A stretch of 64,000 bases of DNA from an uncultured Gammaproteobacteria bacterium (GTDB lineage: Bacteria > Pseudomonadota > Gammaproteobacteria > CAWCPV01): contig CAWCPV010000007.1 in the NCBI GenBank assembly GCA_963797555.1, positions 352,001 through 416,000 on the forward strand, read 5' to 3'. Each line of letters opens with the position of its first letter. Position 1 is the first letter of the stretch. The position numbers and the translations under genes are program-made. This document shows positions 61,549 through 64,000 of this stretch, piece after piece. Below the pieces are notes generated by a model. It was not told where the DNA came from. It made no database searches and saw only the letters and a program-made list of their open reading frames with translations.

Positions 61549-62520
61549 CTAGTCACGGATGGGTGAGCCTCTCAGCAGCCCGTCGAAATAGGCGACCGTG
61601 TGCACCAGCCCTTCTTCCAGCGCCACCGCGGGCTCCCAACCCAGGTGCTGGCGGGCGACGGAAATGTCCGGGCAGCGCTGAGCGGGGTCGTCGGCGGGCA
61701 GCGGCTTGTGGACGATCTCCGAGCGTGAGCCGGTCAGCTCGATCACCTTCTGGGCCAGCTCCAGGATCGTGAACTCCGTCGGGTTGCCCAGATTGACGGG
61801 CCCGGTGAAGTCGTCCGGCGTTTCCATCAGGCTGACGAATCCCTCGACCAGGTCGTCGACGTAGCAGAAGGACCGGGTCTGACCGCCGTCGCCGTAGATG
61901 CGTGATGGTCTTCGGTCCTGCAGATGCCTGCACGATGAAATTGGAGACCACGCGCCCGTCGTTGGGGTGCATCCGGGGTCCGTAGGTATTGAAGATGCGG
62001 GCCACCTTGATCGCGCCTTGTGCTGGCGGTGATAGTCGAAGAACAGCGTCTCGGCGCAGCGCTTGCCCTCGTCGTAGCAGGCACGCGGTGCCGATCGGAT
62101 TGACGTGGCCCCAGTACTCCTCGGGCTGCGGATGCACCTGCGGGATCGCCATAGACCTCGCTGGTGGATGCCTGGAGGATCCTGGCCCTGATCCGCTTGG
62201 CCAGCCCCAGCATGTTGATGGCGCCGTGCACGCTGGTCTTGGTGGTCTGCACCGGGTCGAACTGGTAGTGGACGGGCGAGGCCGGACAGGCGAGGTTGTA
62301 GATCTCGTCCACCTCCACGTAGAGCGGGAAGGTGATGTCGTGGCGCATCACCTCGAAGTGCGGGTCGCCGAGCAGGTGCGCGATGTTGTCCTTGCGTGCC
62401 GGTGAAGAAGTTGTCGACGCAGAGCACGTCGTGCCCGTCGCTCAGGAGCCGCTCGCACAGGTGCGAGCCGAGAAACCCGGCGCCGCCGGTGACGAGGACC
62501 CGCTTGCGCAGCATGTCCAT
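61549..62520 (-). CDS. UDP-glucuronate decarboxylase (UDP-xylose synthase), several frameshifts
   Basis: [54 protein letters not shown] spread over three frames. Confidence 0.9.
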   Translation of the reverse strand: MDMLRKRVLVTGGAGFLGSHLCERLLSDGHDVLCVDNFFTGTQGQHRAPARRPALRGDAPRHHLPALRGGGRDLQPRLSGLARPLPVRPGADHQDQRARRHQHAGAGQADQGQDPPGIHQRGLWRSRRCIRSPRSTGATSIRSAPRACYDEGKRCAETLFFDYHRQHKARSRWPASSIPTDPGCTPTTGAWSPISSCRHLQDRRPSRIYGDGGQTRSFCYVDDLVEGFVSLMETPDDFTGPVNLGNPTEFTILELAQKVIELTGSRSEIVHKPLPADDPAQRCPDISVARQHLGWEPAVALEEGLVHTVAYFDGLLRGSPIRD

Positions 62521-62674
62521 GGTTCACGTGCCACTCCGTGCCGGCACCGGGACACCGTGCTGTCCACCTTCAGGCACGCGACCGGCCCGCAACGCTGCTT
62601 CGGCGCCTCGCCTCCGCTTAGCCGGCGGGACCCCTGCCAACGGTCCCCCTGTCATCGTTCTCGCCCGCTGGATG

Positions 62675-63175
62675 TCAGGCGCAGGACGTGATGAGGTCTC
62701 CGTCTATCTGCACCCCAACGGACCGCCCGAGCATGTCGAGCAAGATGAGCACCCGCTCTCGACTGGAGCGGGCTGTGAAGATGCCTTCCAACCCGGCCAT
62801 GGGGCCGCGGAGCACACGGACCCTTTCACCCTCCCTGAAGTCGAGCTCTGGCGCGACGTGGTACCCCTCGTCCGTTTCTCGCGCCTCGATGCCAGCGACG
62901 ATCGTTGCGGGTACCACTGGCACTTGGTACCCGAACCGCACCATGCAAGTCACGCCGAACGTGGAGCGGATTGGTGCCCAGTCGTCGGCCAGATCATCCA
63001 GCTGGATGAACAGATAGCGTGGGAACATGGGCTCGATGACCTGGACCCACTGCCCGGCGCGCTGGCGCCTGTTCAGGATTCTGGGAAGGTAGGTGGTATA
63101 GCCTTGACGGTCCAGGTTCACCTGTGCCCGCCTCTCCTGCCGCGGCTTGCAGAAGATCAGATACCAGTTCTGCAT
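62675..63175 (-). CDS. rfaH: Transcription antiterminator RfaH (locus-encoded NusG paralog)
   Basis: WYLIFCKPRQE, EPMFPRYLF, IRSTFGV, KOW GERVRVLRGPMAGLEGIF. Confidence 0.92.
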   Translation of the reverse strand: MQNWYLIFCKPRQERRAQVNLDRQGYTTYLPRILNRRQRAGQWVQVIEPMFPRYLFIQLDDLADDWAPIRSTFGVTCMVRFGYQVPVVPATIVAGIEARETDEGYHVAPELDFREGERVRVLRGPMAGLEGIFTARSSRERVLILLDMLGRSVGVQIDGDLITSCA

Positions 63176-63240
63176 CTTGTCTAGGTCTCCATCTAAGGAG
63201 ACAGATCCCAGACAAGCTCTGGGGGATCGTCTCCTGCGGT

Positions 63241-63328
63241 CTTCGGCAGCCCGCGGCTGCCATCGCTCGTATGAGCCTCGGACCTGGCCTCGCGCCGCCA
63301 CCTTCCGGTAGCTTTGCCTTTGTCGGAA
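63241..63328 (-). ncRNA. c-di-GMP-I (GEMM)-like riboswitch, variant
   Basis: TTCCGACAAAGGCAAA-GCTACC-GGAA-GGTGGC-GGCGCGAG-GCCAGGTCCGAG-GCTC-ATAC-GAGC-GATGGCAGCCGCGGGCTGCCGAAG: GGCAAA, GNRA-capped P2, P3 and CTGCCGAA 3' end. Confidence 0.7.
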
Positions 63329-63378
63329 CTGCGCGGTCAGCGGCAGCCTCGGGCGAGGCGCCTCTGCGGATCGTCCCT

Positions 63379-63406
63379 ATTATGCAGTCCGCCCGCGGTA
63401 TGTCAA
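63379..63406 (-). promoter_or_regulatory. Sigma70 promoter for rfaH and the operon
   Basis: TTGACA-N16-CATAAT about 50 nt upstream of the riboswitch. Confidence 0.7.
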
Positions 63407-63437
63407 CTCCCAGAATGGTTGCGCGGGCACATGGGTG

Positions 63438-64000
63438 TCATAGCCTCCAGACCGTATGCCCCTGTCTGCGCAGGGGTTCCGCATCCAGGATGGACTTGAC
63501 GTCGATGACGGCACCCGCGTCAGAGATCTTGCTTTGCAGTACCTGCGGGGACATCTGGCGGTAGGCCTCGTGGGCCACCGCCACCACCAAGGCGTCGCTG
63601 GCCGGGAGGTCGTCCCACGGGGTCAAACGGATCTCATACTCCCGCCATGCCTCCTCCGGGCTGGCAATCGGGTCGTGGACCACCACCTCCGCCCCGAACG
63701 ACTGCAACTCCCGGATCACGTCCACGACACGGGAGTTGCGCAGGTCCGGACAATCCTCCTTGAACGTGATCCCCAGCACCGCCACCCGCGCTCCTCTCAC
63801 GCTACGGCTGGTCTCTGTAAGCTGCCGCACCGTCTGTTCCGCGACGTACTTGCCCATGCCGTCATTGATGCGCCGGCCGGCCAGAATGACGTCGGGATGG
63901 TGTCCCACCATCTGGGCCTTGTAGGTCAGGTAAAAAGGGTCCACCCCTATGCAGTGGCCGCCCACCAACCCGGGCCGGAATGGCAGGAAGTTCCACTTCG
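63438..64000 (-). CDS. Nucleotide-sugar dehydrogenase (WbpO/TviB-like), 5' part outside window
   Basis: FRPGLVGGHCIGVDPFYL, AGRRIND, GITFKEDCPDLRNS, HDP. Confidence 0.93.
   Translation of the reverse strand, partial: KWNFLPFRPGLVGGHCIGVDPFYLTYKAQMVGHHPDVILAGRRINDGMGKYVAEQTVRQLTETSRSVRGARVAVLGITFKEDCPDLRNSRVVDVIRELQSFGAEVVVHDPIASPEEAWREYEIRLTPWDDLPASDALVVAVAHEAYRQMSPQVLQSKISDAGAVIDVKSILDAEPLRRQGHTVWRL

Noticed and set aside
1-64000. tRNA, rRNA, prophage, intact transposase or integrase
   Set aside because: None recognised.

Overview
GC-rich window, probably from a gammaproteobacterium. Apart from a HAD phosphatase at the left edge, it is one ~63-kb minus-strand surface-polysaccharide locus. 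Reading from the right: a nucleotide-sugar dehydrogenase (partial), a sigma70 promoter, a c-di-GMP-I (GEMM)-like riboswitch, rfaH, UDP-GlcA decarboxylase, galE, an ops element, an EPS-type MarR, asnB-like amidotransferase, an epimerase and a Wzm/Wzt ABC transporter. Then come ~14 glycosyltransferases, 5 sulfotransferases, 6 methyltransferases, carbamoyl- and acyl-transferases, a large heparinase II/III-like protein and Wzy/O-antigen-ligase-like proteins. The locus ends with a Vps-like export block (VpsM beta-barrel, short Wza, Wzc, VpsP) and WecA. The product is inferred to be a heavily sulfated, methylated glycan. Small accessory genes sit between the biosynthetic genes (MntA/HepT, orphan DUF2283, DUF559, a coiled-coil PD-(D/E)XK protein, a decayed four-helix-bundle gene). 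Several of these are bracketed by diverged duplicates of neighbouring gene ends and by 7-bp-period inverted arrays. There is also a DUF559 cassette with nested inverted repeats, two near-identical empty MITE-like relatives of it, and three copies of a CGTC-type REP doublet. Many single-base frameshifts are most simply explained as read/assembly error. All family calls come from motifs read by eye; no database searches were run.
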